Of a stretch of DNA of 64,000 nt, positions 29,055-38,673 are shown piece by piece (the first letter of the stretch is position 1; each line of letters begins with the position of its first letter). Both the position numbers and the translations under genes were made by a program. Under the pieces are notes generated by a model that saw only the letters and a list, made by a program, of their open reading frames with translations, did no database searches and was not told the origin of the DNA. Source of the stretch: Haliangiales bacterium (lineage in GTDB: Bacteria; Myxococcota_A; Polyangia; Haliangiales; Haliangiaceae); assembly GCA_038321315.1 (NCBI GenBank), contig JBBQEX010000005.1:36097-100096 (forward strand). Reading direction: 5' to 3'.

Positions 29055-29609
29055 TCAGTGCGCGATCTTCGTGGTCTGCAGCGCGACCGCGAACTCGGTC
29101 TCGCTCGCCGCGTCGGTGACCGGGAAGCGCCAGCGCGCGGCGACATCAGCGACGCACTTCTTGAACTCGGGGCGGAGGCCATCGCCGGTGACGGTCGTCA
29201 TCGTGACCGCGCCGATCGCCTCGATCGACAGCTTGACCGTCGCGGTGGTCTCGACGCGCTTGGCCTGAGGGACGCGATCCCAGCAGTACTCGATGTCGAC
29301 GAGCCGGGTCCTGGCGACGGCGCCGACCTGCGCGTCGTTCAAGCCCTTGAGCTTGAGGGTCGGCTCGGTGTCCTTGGCCTCGGAGATCGCGTGCTTCTTG
29401 TTGAGGACGTCGTAGCCCTCGCCGACCTTGGCGAACGTCGGCTGGACGTCGTCGAGGATCGCGAGCCCGGTGCCGAGCGGCTTGGTGACCGGCGCCGCCA
29501 CGGGTGCCTTGGTGGTCGGCTTGGTGATGCGCTTCTCGGCGAGGGCCGGAGCGGCACACAGCGCGAGCGTTGCGAGCGCAGCGAACATCGTCGAGGAGGT
29601 CTTCATCAT
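29055..29609 (-). CDS. Secreted hypothetical protein
   Basis: Start MMKTSSTMFAALATLALCAAPALA with a GGTGA RBS. 184 aa with a Lys/Pro/Thr-rich linker. Confidence 0.6.
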   Translation of the reverse strand: MMKTSSTMFAALATLALCAAPALAEKRITKPTTKAPVAAPVTKPLGTGLAILDDVQPTFAKVGEGYDVLNKKHAISEAKDTEPTLKLKGLNDAQVGAVARTRLVDIEYCWDRVPQAKRVETTATVKLSIEAIGAVTMTTVTGDGLRPEFKKCVADVAARWRFPVTDAASETEFAVALQTTKIAH

Positions 29610-29746
29610 GACTTCACCTACAGCAGCCTCCGTGCCACTGCTCGGCGAGCATGGATCCGGCCACTTGCCGCTCGAGCGGAGACAGCCGTCCCGAGATACG
29701 GTCGACCCCACCCTGGCGCCTCGAGTTGCCGGTGGCGTCGGGTAGC

Positions 29747-30742
29747 TTAGCGACGCGCGTCTTTATCAGCAGATAGCGCCGAGGCGGCGCGCGTCATCAG
29801 GGCGTCGGGCTCGGTCTCGTCGGCCGACTCGACGACCCCGAAGCTGGCCTTGATGATGGTCTCGCACAGCTTGGCCTCGCCGATCGTGACCCGGCAGCGC
29901 TCCGACAGGATGCGGGCACCCTCGAGGGCCGTGCCGGGCAGGACGATCGCGAACTCGTCGCCGCCGAGCCGAAAGCAGGCGTCGATCACCCGGGTGTGAC
30001 CCTTCAGGATCGTCGCGATTTCACGAAGGATCTGGTCGGCCGTCGCCTGACCGAAGCGGTCCGCGGCGGTCGTGAACCCCTCGAGGTCGAGCAGGGCGAG
30101 CGAGAACGACTGACCGTAGCGCTTGCTGCGACCGAGCTCGGCCTGCACCCGGTCCTCGAACGCCCGCCGGTTCTCGAGCCCGGTCACCCCGTCGTGCGAC
30201 GTATCGGTCCGCGGGCGCGGATAGCTGTGCGCCTTGTGGAGCGCGATCGCGACGATGTTCGACAGCAGGCGCAGCGTCTCGACGTCCTCGTCGGTGAACG
30301 CGCCGGGCTTGGCGCCGACCAGCTCGAGGACCCCGACCGGGTGCTCGCCGTACAAGATCGGCACGTCGACGACCGAGGCGACGCCGTGGCGACCCCGGGT
30401 GTCGGCATCCGCGCGCGGGTCGCTGCCGACGTCGTCGATCCGGAGTGGCTTCCGGTCCGCGATGCAGCGGGCGGCGAGCGTCGAGGTGACGGACAGCCGG
30501 GTGCCGAGCGCGGTCTTGGTCGAGCCGGAGGTCGCGCGGTAGACGAGGTCGTCGCCCTCGACGAGCGCGACCACGACGCCGGTCGCGTGGGTCAGGCCCG
30601 CCGCGCGATCGGCGACGAACCGCATGACGTCGTCGCCCGAGGCGTTCATCGAGGCGATGGCGTTCTGCAGCTCGATGATCTCGAGCAGGCGGCCCTGACT
30701 CGGGATGGCAAGGTCGGCCATGGTGGCGTCATCATATGTCAA
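29747..30742 (-). CDS. GAF-domain diguanylate cyclase (GGDEF)
   Basis: N-terminal GAF-like domain. The C-terminus has RYGQSFSLALLDLEGF...RLGGDEFAIVLP, the GGDEF active site. Confidence 0.8.
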   Translation of the reverse strand: MTYDDATMADLAIPSQGRLLEIIELQNAIASMNASGDDVMRFVADRAAGLTHATGVVVALVEGDDLVYRATSGSTKTALGTRLSVTSTLAARCIADRKPLRIDDVGSDPRADADTRGRHGVASVVDVPILYGEHPVGVLELVGAKPGAFTDEDVETLRLLSNIVAIALHKAHSYPRPRTDTSHDGVTGLENRRAFEDRVQAELGRSKRYGQSFSLALLDLEGFTTAADRFGQATADQILREIATILKGHTRVIDACFRLGGDEFAIVLPGTALEGARILSERCRVTIGEAKLCETIIKASFGVVESADETEPDALMTRAASALSADKDARR

Positions 30743-30800
30743 AGCGCCCGCACAAGCGCAGCGTCACCACGATTCCCGAGGGGCTGCGGGTTCTTCGCAC

Positions 30801-31865
30801 TCAGTCGGCGATGAAGTTCTTCCACTTCGTCAGGTAGCCGACGAACAACGGCGACACGGCGCGATCGAGGAGCTCGGCGCGGGTGACCGGGGCGCGCTGG
30901 ATCTCCTTGCCGGCGGCGATGTCCTTGGGCCACGCGGGGTTGATGATGCCGGAGCGGCCGAGCGCGACGACGTCGGCGCCACGATCGAGCGCGGCCTCGG
31001 CATCGGCACGCGTCCAGATCTTGCCGCACGCGATCACGGCGACGTCCCTCGGGACGGCAGCGCGCACGAGCGTGATCGGGTGCGCGTCGGGGCGCTTGGT
31101 CGTCATCCGGGTGACGTCCCATAGCGAGGCGTGCAGGAAGTCGGCGCCGTCCTCGGCGAGCCACGCGGCGACCTGGAGGTTGTCGTCGAGGTCCATGCCC
31201 TTGGCCTGGCCGAAGTCCTCGAGCGACAGCCGGATGCCGAGCGTGAAGCCGGCGCCGCAGCGCGCGCGGATCTGGCGCGTGATCGCGCGGACCATCTGCG
31301 CGCGGACCTCGAGCGGCCCGGGGTTCATCGCGCGCGACAGGTACTGCGAGATCAGGTAGCCGTGCGCGCCGTGGAGCTCGACGCCGTCGAACCCGGCGGC
31401 CTGGCAGCGGGCGGCGGCGTCGACGAACTGGGCGATCGCGCGATCGAAGTCGGCGGCGGTGCCGGCGCGCGGCGGCACGAAGCCGGGCGTGTCCTCGGTC
31501 CACGTCGTCGCGCTCCAGGTCGGCTCGCCGGTGAGCGTCGCGTCGGCGCGCACGCCGCCGTGGAACAGCTGGACGATCGCGGCGGCGCCACCGGCCTTGA
31601 TCCGCGCGGCGAGCCGGGTGAGGCCAGGCAGGCACGCGTCGCGATCGACGCCGAGCTCGCCGGGCCACGCCTTGCCGTCGAGGCCGACGTACGCGGCGCA
31701 GGTCGACACCAGGCCGAACCCGCCGTCGGCGCGGCGCGCGAGGAACGCGAGCTCGTCGTCGCCGAGCAGGCCGTCGGGCATCGACTGCATGTTGGTCAGC
31801 GGCGCGAGGGCGACGCGGTTGGGGAGGACGAGGCCGGAGCGGAGGGTCAGCGGATCGAACAACAT
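30801..31865 (-). CDS. NADH:flavin oxidoreductase, Old Yellow Enzyme family (second paralog)
   Basis: MLFDPLTLRSGLVLPNRVALAPLTN...FDGVELHGAHGYLISQYLS. Start is 50 codons inside ORF 30801..32015. Confidence 0.8.
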   Translation of the reverse strand: MLFDPLTLRSGLVLPNRVALAPLTNMQSMPDGLLGDDELAFLARRADGGFGLVSTCAAYVGLDGKAWPGELGVDRDACLPGLTRLAARIKAGGAAAIVQLFHGGVRADATLTGEPTWSATTWTEDTPGFVPPRAGTAADFDRAIAQFVDAAARCQAAGFDGVELHGAHGYLISQYLSRAMNPGPLEVRAQMVRAITRQIRARCGAGFTLGIRLSLEDFGQAKGMDLDDNLQVAAWLAEDGADFLHASLWDVTRMTTKRPDAHPITLVRAAVPRDVAVIACGKIWTRADAEAALDRGADVVALGRSGIINPAWPKDIAAGKEIQRAPVTRAELLDRAVSPLFVGYLTKWKNFIAD

Positions 31866-31896
31866 CGTCCGGCAATCTACTGCTAGCGTCCGCCGC

Positions 31897-33294
31897 GTGC
31901 TGGCCAAGCCCCTCGTGATCCTCTGTCTCGTCGGCGCTTGCTCCGACTCCGCCGCACCGAAGTCGACGACGCCGGACTGGCCGTACGAGCCGGTGCCGAC
32001 CGATCCGCAGCGCACGGGCGACCCCGCGAAGGGCTACGACTACCTGGTCAACGGCGGCTACATCTCGTGCGGCCTGCCGAAGTCGCTGTACGACAAGGTC
32101 TACGGGCCGGCACCGGCCGAGGATCGCCTCCCCGGTCGCACCGGCGCGAACGCCACGCTGCCGTACTACTACTCGGCGGCGAAGTCGGCCGAGGGCGTCG
32201 ACATCGTGTCCGCGAACTGCCTGACCTGTCACGCCGCGAAGCTCGACGGCAAGGTCATCGTCGGGCTCGGCGCGCACGACGGCGACTTCACGACGACGCA
32301 GGCCGGCCAGGTCGGCGGCGTCGGCGACCTGATCACCGATCCGACGGAGCACGCCGAATGGGCGCGCTTCAACTCGCACGTCCAGGCGATCGGGCCGTAC
32401 ACGCAGACGCTCACGGTCGGTGTGAACCCGGCCGACAACCTGACGGCGGCGCTGATGGCGCACCGCGATCCGGCGACGCTCGCGTGGTCCGACACCGCGC
32501 TGCTCGAGCTGCCGCCGGCGATCGTCGCGCCGGTCGACGTGCCGCCGTGGTGGCGCATGAGCAAGAAGGCCGCGATGTTCTACAACGCCTCGGGCCGCGG
32601 CGATCACGCGCGCATCGAGATGGCCGCGTCGCTGTTGTGCTCGGACACCGTCGCGGAGGCGACCGCGATCGATGCCGCGTTCGTCGACGTGCGCGCGTGG
32701 ATCGAGTCGCTGCCGGCGCCGGCGTGGCCGTCGACCGTGGACATGACGCTCGCGGGGCAGGGCAAGCCGATCTACGAGGAGCACTGCGCCGGCTGTCACG
32801 GCACGTATGGAGAGGGGGGCGTGTATCCGAACCAGCTCGTGCCGCTCGCCGACATCGGCACCGATGCCGCGCTCGCGCAGGGCTCGTCGCAGTTCGCCGC
32901 GCGGTTCGTCGCGTGGTTCGCGGCGTCGTTCTGGGGCCAGATGTCGCGCATCGAGCCGTTCGAGGGCTACATCGCGCCGCCGCTCGACGGGATCTGGGCG
33001 AGCGCGCCGTACTTCCACAACGGCTCGGTCCCGACGATCGAGGCGGTGATCGATCCGACGAAGCGGCCGACGTACTGGACGCGCACGTTCGACTCGAGCG
33101 ACTACGACCACGCGTCGCTCGGCTGGAACTTCACGGTCGTCGATCACGGCCAGGACGCCGAGCCGACGCCGGCGAAGCGGAAGTTGATCTACGACACCAC
33201 GAAGCCGGGCTACGGCAACGGCGGTCACGCGTTCGCCGGCGACCTCAGCCACGAGCAGATCTTCGCGCTGATCGAGTACCTGAAGACGCTATAG
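31897..33294 (+). CDS. Di-haem cytochrome c lipoprotein, DUF1111-like putative peroxidase/oxidoreductase
   Basis: Two CxxCH haem motifs (CLTCHAAK, CAGCHGTY). Lipobox LCLVGACSD. GTG start at 31897; the upstream part of ORF 31459 overlaps the OYE gene antisense. Confidence 0.65.
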   Translation: MLAKPLVILCLVGACSDSAAPKSTTPDWPYEPVPTDPQRTGDPAKGYDYLVNGGYISCGLPKSLYDKVYGPAPAEDRLPGRTGANATLPYYYSAAKSAEGVDIVSANCLTCHAAKLDGKVIVGLGAHDGDFTTTQAGQVGGVGDLITDPTEHAEWARFNSHVQAIGPYTQTLTVGVNPADNLTAALMAHRDPATLAWSDTALLELPPAIVAPVDVPPWWRMSKKAAMFYNASGRGDHARIEMAASLLCSDTVAEATAIDAAFVDVRAWIESLPAPAWPSTVDMTLAGQGKPIYEEHCAGCHGTYGEGGVYPNQLVPLADIGTDAALAQGSSQFAARFVAWFAASFWGQMSRIEPFEGYIAPPLDGIWASAPYFHNGSVPTIEAVIDPTKRPTYWTRTFDSSDYDHASLGWNFTVVDHGQDAEPTPAKRKLIYDTTKPGYGNGGHAFAGDLSHEQIFALIEYLKTL

Positions 33295-34128
33295 GAACGC
33301 GGCGTTGATCTCGCCGTGGGTCACGGCGTGCTCGGCGAGCGGCTCGGAGCGACCGTCGGCGAGGAAGTCGCGCGCGAGCATCGCCATTCGCGCCCACGCG
33401 GATTGCGCGAGGGCCGAGCCGGCGCTGAGCCGGCGCACGCCGAGCGCCTGCAGCGCCGCGACCGCTGGGAGCTTGGGGCGCGCGAGCACGTTCAGTGGCA
33501 GATCGACGGCCGCCGCGATCGCCGCGATCTCCGACGGCTCGATCACGCCGGGCACGAACAGCCCGTCGGCACCGGCATCCCGATAGCGCAGGCCGCGCGC
33601 GATCACCTCGGCGACGCGCTCGGCAGGTGGCACGAGGCCGCGGAGGTAGACATCGGTGCGCGCGTTGACGAACACCTCGACGCGCTGCTTGATCGCGGCG
33701 ATCTTGTGCGCGAGCAGCTCGGCGGGAGCGCCGGCATCCTCGAGGTTGATGCCGGCCGCGCCCGCGTCGACGAACGCGGCGATCGTGTCGGCGACCGCGC
33801 CGGGATCGGTCGCGTAGCCGGCCTCGGCGTCGACCGACAGCGGGAGCTCGATGACGCGCGCGATCGACCGGATCGTCGCGAGGTGAAGCGCGATCGGCAG
33901 CGCGTCGCCATCGGGATAGCCGTGCGACCACGCGACCGCGGCGCTCGAGGTCGCGATCGCGCGCACGCCGGCACGCGACGTCAGCCGGGCGGTGCCGGCG
34001 TCCCAGCAGTTGGCGAGCAGGAGGACATCGGGGCCGGCGTGGAGATCTCGGAACGTGGTCACGGGGCGACTGTAAGCCCTGTGTAAGCGCACAGCGCGCC
34101 TCGCGCGGTCGGCCGTTTGATCGCGCAT
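33289..34128 (-). CDS. Isocitrate lyase/PEP mutase superfamily enzyme (2-methylisocitrate lyase / carboxyvinyl-carboxyphosphonate phosphorylmutase-like)
   Basis: TTFRDLHAGPDVLLLANCWDAGTARL...GINLEDAG...KIAAIKQRVEVFVNARTD are family hallmarks. Start is uncertain (ATG at 34128, or a GTG at VTTFRD about 34062). Confidence 0.7.
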   Translation of the reverse strand: MRDQTADRARRAVRLHRAYSRPVTTFRDLHAGPDVLLLANCWDAGTARLTSRAGVRAIATSSAAVAWSHGYPDGDALPIALHLATIRSIARVIELPLSVDAEAGYATDPGAVADTIAAFVDAGAAGINLEDAGAPAELLAHKIAAIKQRVEVFVNARTDVYLRGLVPPAERVAEVIARGLRYRDAGADGLFVPGVIEPSEIAAIAAAVDLPLNVLARPKLPAVAALQALGVRRLSAGSALAQSAWARMAMLARDFLADGRSEPLAEHAVTHGEINAAFL

Positions 34129-34894
34129 GACCAAGCTGAACCAGCTCCTCCTCCTGTCTCTCGTCGCCACCACCGCAGCCTGCTCGAGCAAGCCGCAGAT
34201 CATCGAGCTCGATCGCGGCGATGCGTCCAAGCCCCTCGCCGAGCCCAAGACCTCGATGCAGGTCACCGGCCTCGCGACGCTCGAGGTCGCGCCCGACGCG
34301 GCCGATCTCACGATGACGCTGACCTCCGAAGGCGGCAAGCCCGGCATCGCGGCCGCGAGCGTGACCGCGAAGGAGCAGGCGCTCGTCGCGCAGCTCGCGA
34401 AGATCGGCGTCGAGGCGTCGGATGTGAAGTTGTCGTACCTGACGCTCGATCCGTTCTACGATCCGCCGGTCAGCGAGTACGCGTCGCCCAAGCTGCACGG
34501 CTATCGCGCGTCGCTCACGGTGACCGCAACGACCAAGGCGTTCGGCAAGATCGCCGGCATCATGGAGGCCGGCGCCGACGCGGGCGCGACCTCGCTGTCG
34601 ACCCAGTTCCGCCGCACCGATCTCGCCGAGCTCAAGAAGAAGGTGCGCGACATGGCGCTCACCGCGGCGCGCGACAAGGCCAAGCAGACCGCGGCCGCGC
34701 TCGACATCCAGCTCGGCGCCGTCGTGTCGGTCAACGAGAGCCCGGCCGGGATGTACAACCAGACGTACTTCCCGCAGGTCGCGAACGCGATGCGCGCCGA
34801 GACCGCCGCGGCGCCGGTCGGGGTCGCGCTCGGTGCGACGCTGCAGCCGCTGACGCTCGAGGTCACCGTCGGCTATCAGTTCGCGCACGCCTAG
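34127..34894 (+). CDS. SIMPL/DUF541 family periplasmic lipoprotein
   Basis: MTKLNQLLLLSLVATTAACSS (lipobox TAAC). The domain is SIMPL-like. Confidence 0.75.
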   Translation: MTKLNQLLLLSLVATTAACSSKPQIIELDRGDASKPLAEPKTSMQVTGLATLEVAPDAADLTMTLTSEGGKPGIAAASVTAKEQALVAQLAKIGVEASDVKLSYLTLDPFYDPPVSEYASPKLHGYRASLTVTATTKAFGKIAGIMEAGADAGATSLSTQFRRTDLAELKKKVRDMALTAARDKAKQTAAALDIQLGAVVSVNESPAGMYNQTYFPQVANAMRAETAAAPVGVALGATLQPLTLEVTVGYQFAHA

Positions 34895-35829
34895 GCGTCG
34901 TCCTCGAAGCCCTCGCCGTACAGCGCGAATCGCACGGCTCCATCGCGGGTATCCATGTCGCCGACGTACATCCGGTTGTGCTCCGGGATCGCCTCGTACG
35001 CGACGCGGAGCGCCTCGCGGTGAGCGTCGCTCGGATCGGCCTGGAACAATGTATGGGCGGTGTGGCAGCGGCCGACCGAGTCGGGCCGACCGTTCGCGGT
35101 GTCGATCAGATCGGGGACCTGGCGGAACAGCTGCTCGATGTTCGTGGTCGACAGGTCGTCGCCGAGCGCGAGGTCGCCGAGCTCGTGGATGGTCACGCGC
35201 GAGCCGACCGCGGGCTCGCTCAGCACGCGACCCTCGTCGATCGCGGCGCGCAGCCCGGCGAGATCGAGCACTTCGGGATCTGGCAGGCGACCGAGCTCGA
35301 TCGTGCCGTCGGCAAACGCGCGCAGATCGGCCAGATACGTCACGGTGTTCTGGCGCACGAAGATCGAGAGGTGGTCGCCGTCGTGCCGACGCGTCCGGTG
35401 ACCATCGAGCACCTCGCGAACCGGGCGCTCGCGCGGCGAGCCGAGGATCGAGGTGCGCATCTTGCCCGGGCCGTCGATCGTCGTCCGGCCGCCGCAGTCG
35501 TGCAGGTTCTCGAGCCGCGGGTTGAGCTGCTTCACGAGCTTCCGCACGCGTGCGCGCATGCCGGCGGCCGTGACCTGCCAGCGGCCGCCGGCCACGGTCC
35601 AGCTCCCGAGCCCGTGCACCGAGATCGATTTGCCATCGGGCACCGAGGTGCGGACCCATCCGCTCTCGAGCTTCTTCGCGAACAGCGCGAGATCGAGCAA
35701 CTCCCAGCAGTTCACCAGGCCGTCGGCGTAGACCTGCAGGTTGATGAAGTAGTGCGCGCTGTTGTGGATGAACGCGGGCGTGACGACGCCGTCGACGATC
35801 TTCGTTCGCGAGATCCGGTTGCCGGACAC
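34891..35829 (-). CDS. Hypothetical protein
   Basis: 312 aa, varied composition, no signal peptide. A 4-bp convergent overlap with the SIMPL gene. No motif recognised. Confidence 0.55.
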   Translation of the reverse strand: MSGNRISRTKIVDGVVTPAFIHNSAHYFINLQVYADGLVNCWELLDLALFAKKLESGWVRTSVPDGKSISVHGLGSWTVAGGRWQVTAAGMRARVRKLVKQLNPRLENLHDCGGRTTIDGPGKMRTSILGSPRERPVREVLDGHRTRRHDGDHLSIFVRQNTVTYLADLRAFADGTIELGRLPDPEVLDLAGLRAAIDEGRVLSEPAVGSRVTIHELGDLALGDDLSTTNIEQLFRQVPDLIDTANGRPDSVGRCHTAHTLFQADPSDAHREALRVAYEAIPEHNRMYVGDMDTRDGAVRFALYGEGFEDDA

Positions 35830-35943
35830 GGGACGAGCCTATCAGGCCTCGGACGTCGGACTTCTGGCTTCGGCCGGAGGGAAACGGCAGGTGCGACGGG
35901 TGCAACGGCCAGCGTTCGAGAACGACGATGACCGTCTGCGTGT

Positions 35944-38091
35944 ATGGTTCGCGCCATGCGCAGGTTCATGCTGCTCGCCCTCATCGTCGGTTGCTCGGGA
36001 CCCAAGACGCCGCCGCCGAAGGCGCCCGATCTCGTCCCGGTCGCGTCTCCGGTGCCTCCACCCGCACCCCCGGAGTCGAAGCCCGACGAACCGAAGATGG
36101 CGTGGGCGCCCAAGACACTGACGCTCGCCGAGAGCGGCATCGTTCCCGGCTGGCTCGACAAGACCGTCGATCCTTGCACCGACTTCTTCCAGTACTCGTG
36201 CGGCTCGTTCGTCAAGACCGCCGTGATCCCGCCCGATCGCGCGTCGTGGGGCGCGATCGAGATCCTCACGCGCGAGAACGAGGAGTTCCTGAAGAAGGAG
36301 CTCGAGGCCGACGCGCTGTCGAAGAGCACCGATCCGGTGACGCAGAAGCTCGGTGACTACTTCGCGTCGTGCATGGACGAGGCCGCGATCGGCAAGGTCG
36401 GCACCAAGCCGCTCGAGCCGATCCTCGCGACGATCAACGCCGCGGTCGATCCCAAGACGATCTACGCCGCGATCACCGCGCTCCACGTCATGGGCATCAA
36501 GCCGTTCTTCGACCTCGGTCCGCAGCAAGACTTCGTCGACGCCACGCAGGTGATCGCCGGGCTGGATCAGAGCGGCCTCGGCCTGCCGGATCGCGACTAC
36601 TACCTGACGAGCAAGGGCTCGATGCCCAAGACCCTGAAGGTCTACACCGCGCACGTCGAGCGGATGTTCGTGCTGCTCGGCCAGTCGGCGAAGGACGCCA
36701 AGCAGTCGGCGAAGGACGTGTTGCGCGTCGAGACCGCGATCGCGAAGCTCGAGCAGACCAAGGTCGATCGCCGCGATCCGCACAAGATCTATCACCGCGT
36801 CGAGCGCGCCGGCCTCGAGAAGACCGTGGCCCCGACGTTCCCGTGGGATGCCTACCTCGCCGCGATCGGCGCGCCGAACGTCACCGCGATCAGCGTCAAC
36901 AGCCCGAGCTACTTCACCGGCATGGCGAAGCTCCTGACCACCGAGAAGCCCGCCGCGCTGCGCGCGTACCTCACGTGGTCGGTGATGCGCGACACCGCGA
37001 ACGAGCTGCCGAACGCGTGGCTCGAGGAGCGCCTCGTCATGCGCAAGGAGCTCAGCGGCGTGACCGAGCTGCCGCCGCGCTGGCGCAAGTGCACGAACCA
37101 CGTCGACGGCGATCTCGGCGAGTTGCTCGGCCAGGCCTACGTCAAGGCGAAGTTCACCGGTGACAGCAAGCCGCGCGCGGTCGAGCTGACCGCGTCGATC
37201 TCGGCGGCGATGAGCGACACGATCGACCACCTGCCGTGGATGGACGACGCGACACGCGGTCCGGCGAAGGAGAAGCTCGCGAAGATGGCGCAGCTGATCG
37301 GGTTCCCCGACAAGTGGCGCAGCTACACGTTCTCGGTCGCCCGCGGCGACTTCTTCGGCAACGTGCGCCGCGCCGCGCAGTTCGAGCAGGCGCGCCTGAT
37401 CGCCAAGATCGGCAAGCCGGTCGATCGCCTCGAGTGGCAGATGACGCCGCCGACGGTGAACGCGTACTACGATCCGTCGCTCAACCTGATCGCGCTTCCC
37501 GCGGGCCAGCTGCAGCCGCCGTTCTTCGCCGCGACGTTCCACCCCGCGGTCAACTTCGGCTCGATGGGCGGCGGCACGATCGGCCACGAGATCACGCACG
37601 GCTTCGACGACGAGGGCAGCCAGTTCGACGCCTCGGGAAACCTCCACGACTGGTGGAGCAAGTCGACCAAGGACAAGTTCGAGGCGGCGACCAAGTGCGT
37701 CGTCGATCAGTACGGCAAGTACGAGGCGGTCCCCAAGGTGCTGCTCGACGGCAGGCTGACCGCGGGCGAGAACATCGCCGACATCGGAGGCGTCAAGCTC
37801 GGCTACGTCGCGTACCAGCAGTACAAGGCGCAGCAGGCGGCGAAGAAGCAGCCGGTGCAGACCAAGGTCGACGACCTGACCGACGACCAGATCTACTACC
37901 TGTCGTACGGCCAGTCGTGGTGCGACAAGCAGACGCCCGCCGCGCTGGAGACCCAGGCGCACTCGAACCCGCACTCGCCGCCGAAGTGGCGCGTCAACGG
38001 CGTGGTCGTGAACCAGCCCGGCTTCGCGGCCGCGTTCGGCTGCAAGGCGAACACGCCGATGAACCCCGGCAAGCAGTGCAGCGTCTGGTGA
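35944..38091 (+). CDS. pepO: Peptidase M13 (neprilysin/PepO-like) zinc endopeptidase lipoprotein
   Basis: HEITHGFDDEG and GENIADIGG are M13 signatures. Lipobox LIVGCSG. Confidence 0.85.
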   Translation: MVRAMRRFMLLALIVGCSGPKTPPPKAPDLVPVASPVPPPAPPESKPDEPKMAWAPKTLTLAESGIVPGWLDKTVDPCTDFFQYSCGSFVKTAVIPPDRASWGAIEILTRENEEFLKKELEADALSKSTDPVTQKLGDYFASCMDEAAIGKVGTKPLEPILATINAAVDPKTIYAAITALHVMGIKPFFDLGPQQDFVDATQVIAGLDQSGLGLPDRDYYLTSKGSMPKTLKVYTAHVERMFVLLGQSAKDAKQSAKDVLRVETAIAKLEQTKVDRRDPHKIYHRVERAGLEKTVAPTFPWDAYLAAIGAPNVTAISVNSPSYFTGMAKLLTTEKPAALRAYLTWSVMRDTANELPNAWLEERLVMRKELSGVTELPPRWRKCTNHVDGDLGELLGQAYVKAKFTGDSKPRAVELTASISAAMSDTIDHLPWMDDATRGPAKEKLAKMAQLIGFPDKWRSYTFSVARGDFFGNVRRAAQFEQARLIAKIGKPVDRLEWQMTPPTVNAYYDPSLNLIALPAGQLQPPFFAATFHPAVNFGSMGGGTIGHEITHGFDDEGSQFDASGNLHDWWSKSTKDKFEAATKCVVDQYGKYEAVPKVLLDGRLTAGENIADIGGVKLGYVAYQQYKAQQAAKKQPVQTKVDDLTDDQIYYLSYGQSWCDKQTPAALETQAHSNPHSPPKWRVNGVVVNQPGFAAAFGCKANTPMNPGKQCSVW

Positions 38092-38094
38092 TCC

Positions 38095-38538
38095 TCACTG
38101 CCGCGCGTTGCTGATCGCGATCAGGGGCACGGTCGCGAGCAGCGCGAGCACCCAGAACACGACGCGGCCGTCGGCATGATGGTCGGAGTGATCGTGGCAG
38201 GTGACGTGCGGCGCGCTCGGCCGCTCGGCACACGTACCCGACTCTTCTTCGGTCTTGCTGCTCTCCGGGGCGGCGACGCAGATCGCGTCGGGCAACCGAT
38301 CGCGCGAGTCGCAGCGCCCGAACTTGAGCTCGCTATTGGGGCAGGCCTCGAGGCAGGCCATCGCCCCGGTCACGTCGCCGTCGGCGCCGGGCCCGGTACA
38401 GCGCTCGGCACAGGCCCGCGCCTCGGTCGACTTCAGTGCCAAGCGTACCGTGTTGGCCGGCTGGACCGTCGTGATCGTGCGTTGCCGGGTCGACGTGCAG
38501 GCCGCGAGCAGCGCGCAGGACAGGAGCATCTTTCGCAT
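38095..38538 (-). CDS. Cys-rich lipoprotein with C-terminal TM segment
   Basis: MRKMLLSCALLAACTST (lipobox LAAC). 10 Cys including CAERCTG and CLEACP. C-terminal FWVLALLATVPLIAI. Confidence 0.55.
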   Translation of the reverse strand: MRKMLLSCALLAACTSTRQRTITTVQPANTVRLALKSTEARACAERCTGPGADGDVTGAMACLEACPNSELKFGRCDSRDRLPDAICVAAPESSKTEEESGTCAERPSAPHVTCHDHSDHHADGRVVFWVLALLATVPLIAISNARQ

Positions 38539-38673
38539 TCCTCGACGGTAGCGATCCCACGGCGACCGCGGGTCATCGCTCACGCCGAGGTCACCGCGCG
38601 ATCACGAGGATTTCACGTGGTGTTACGCTGGGACGTGAAGTCCCAAGCACCGCCGGCCGCGCTGGTGTCCGCG

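Noticed and set aside
25238-29182. 1314-aa ORF on the minus strand (also 30739..33252, 56785..58335, 57333..58997, 5802..7625, 6094..7716, 40683..42287 and similar)
   Set aside because: These are extremely Arg/Ala/Gly/Pro-rich with no motifs. They run antisense to or out of frame with well-supported genes (GT39, paralog pair, OYE, desaturase operon, Big_2 gene). They are the expected open-frame artefacts of about 70% GC DNA.
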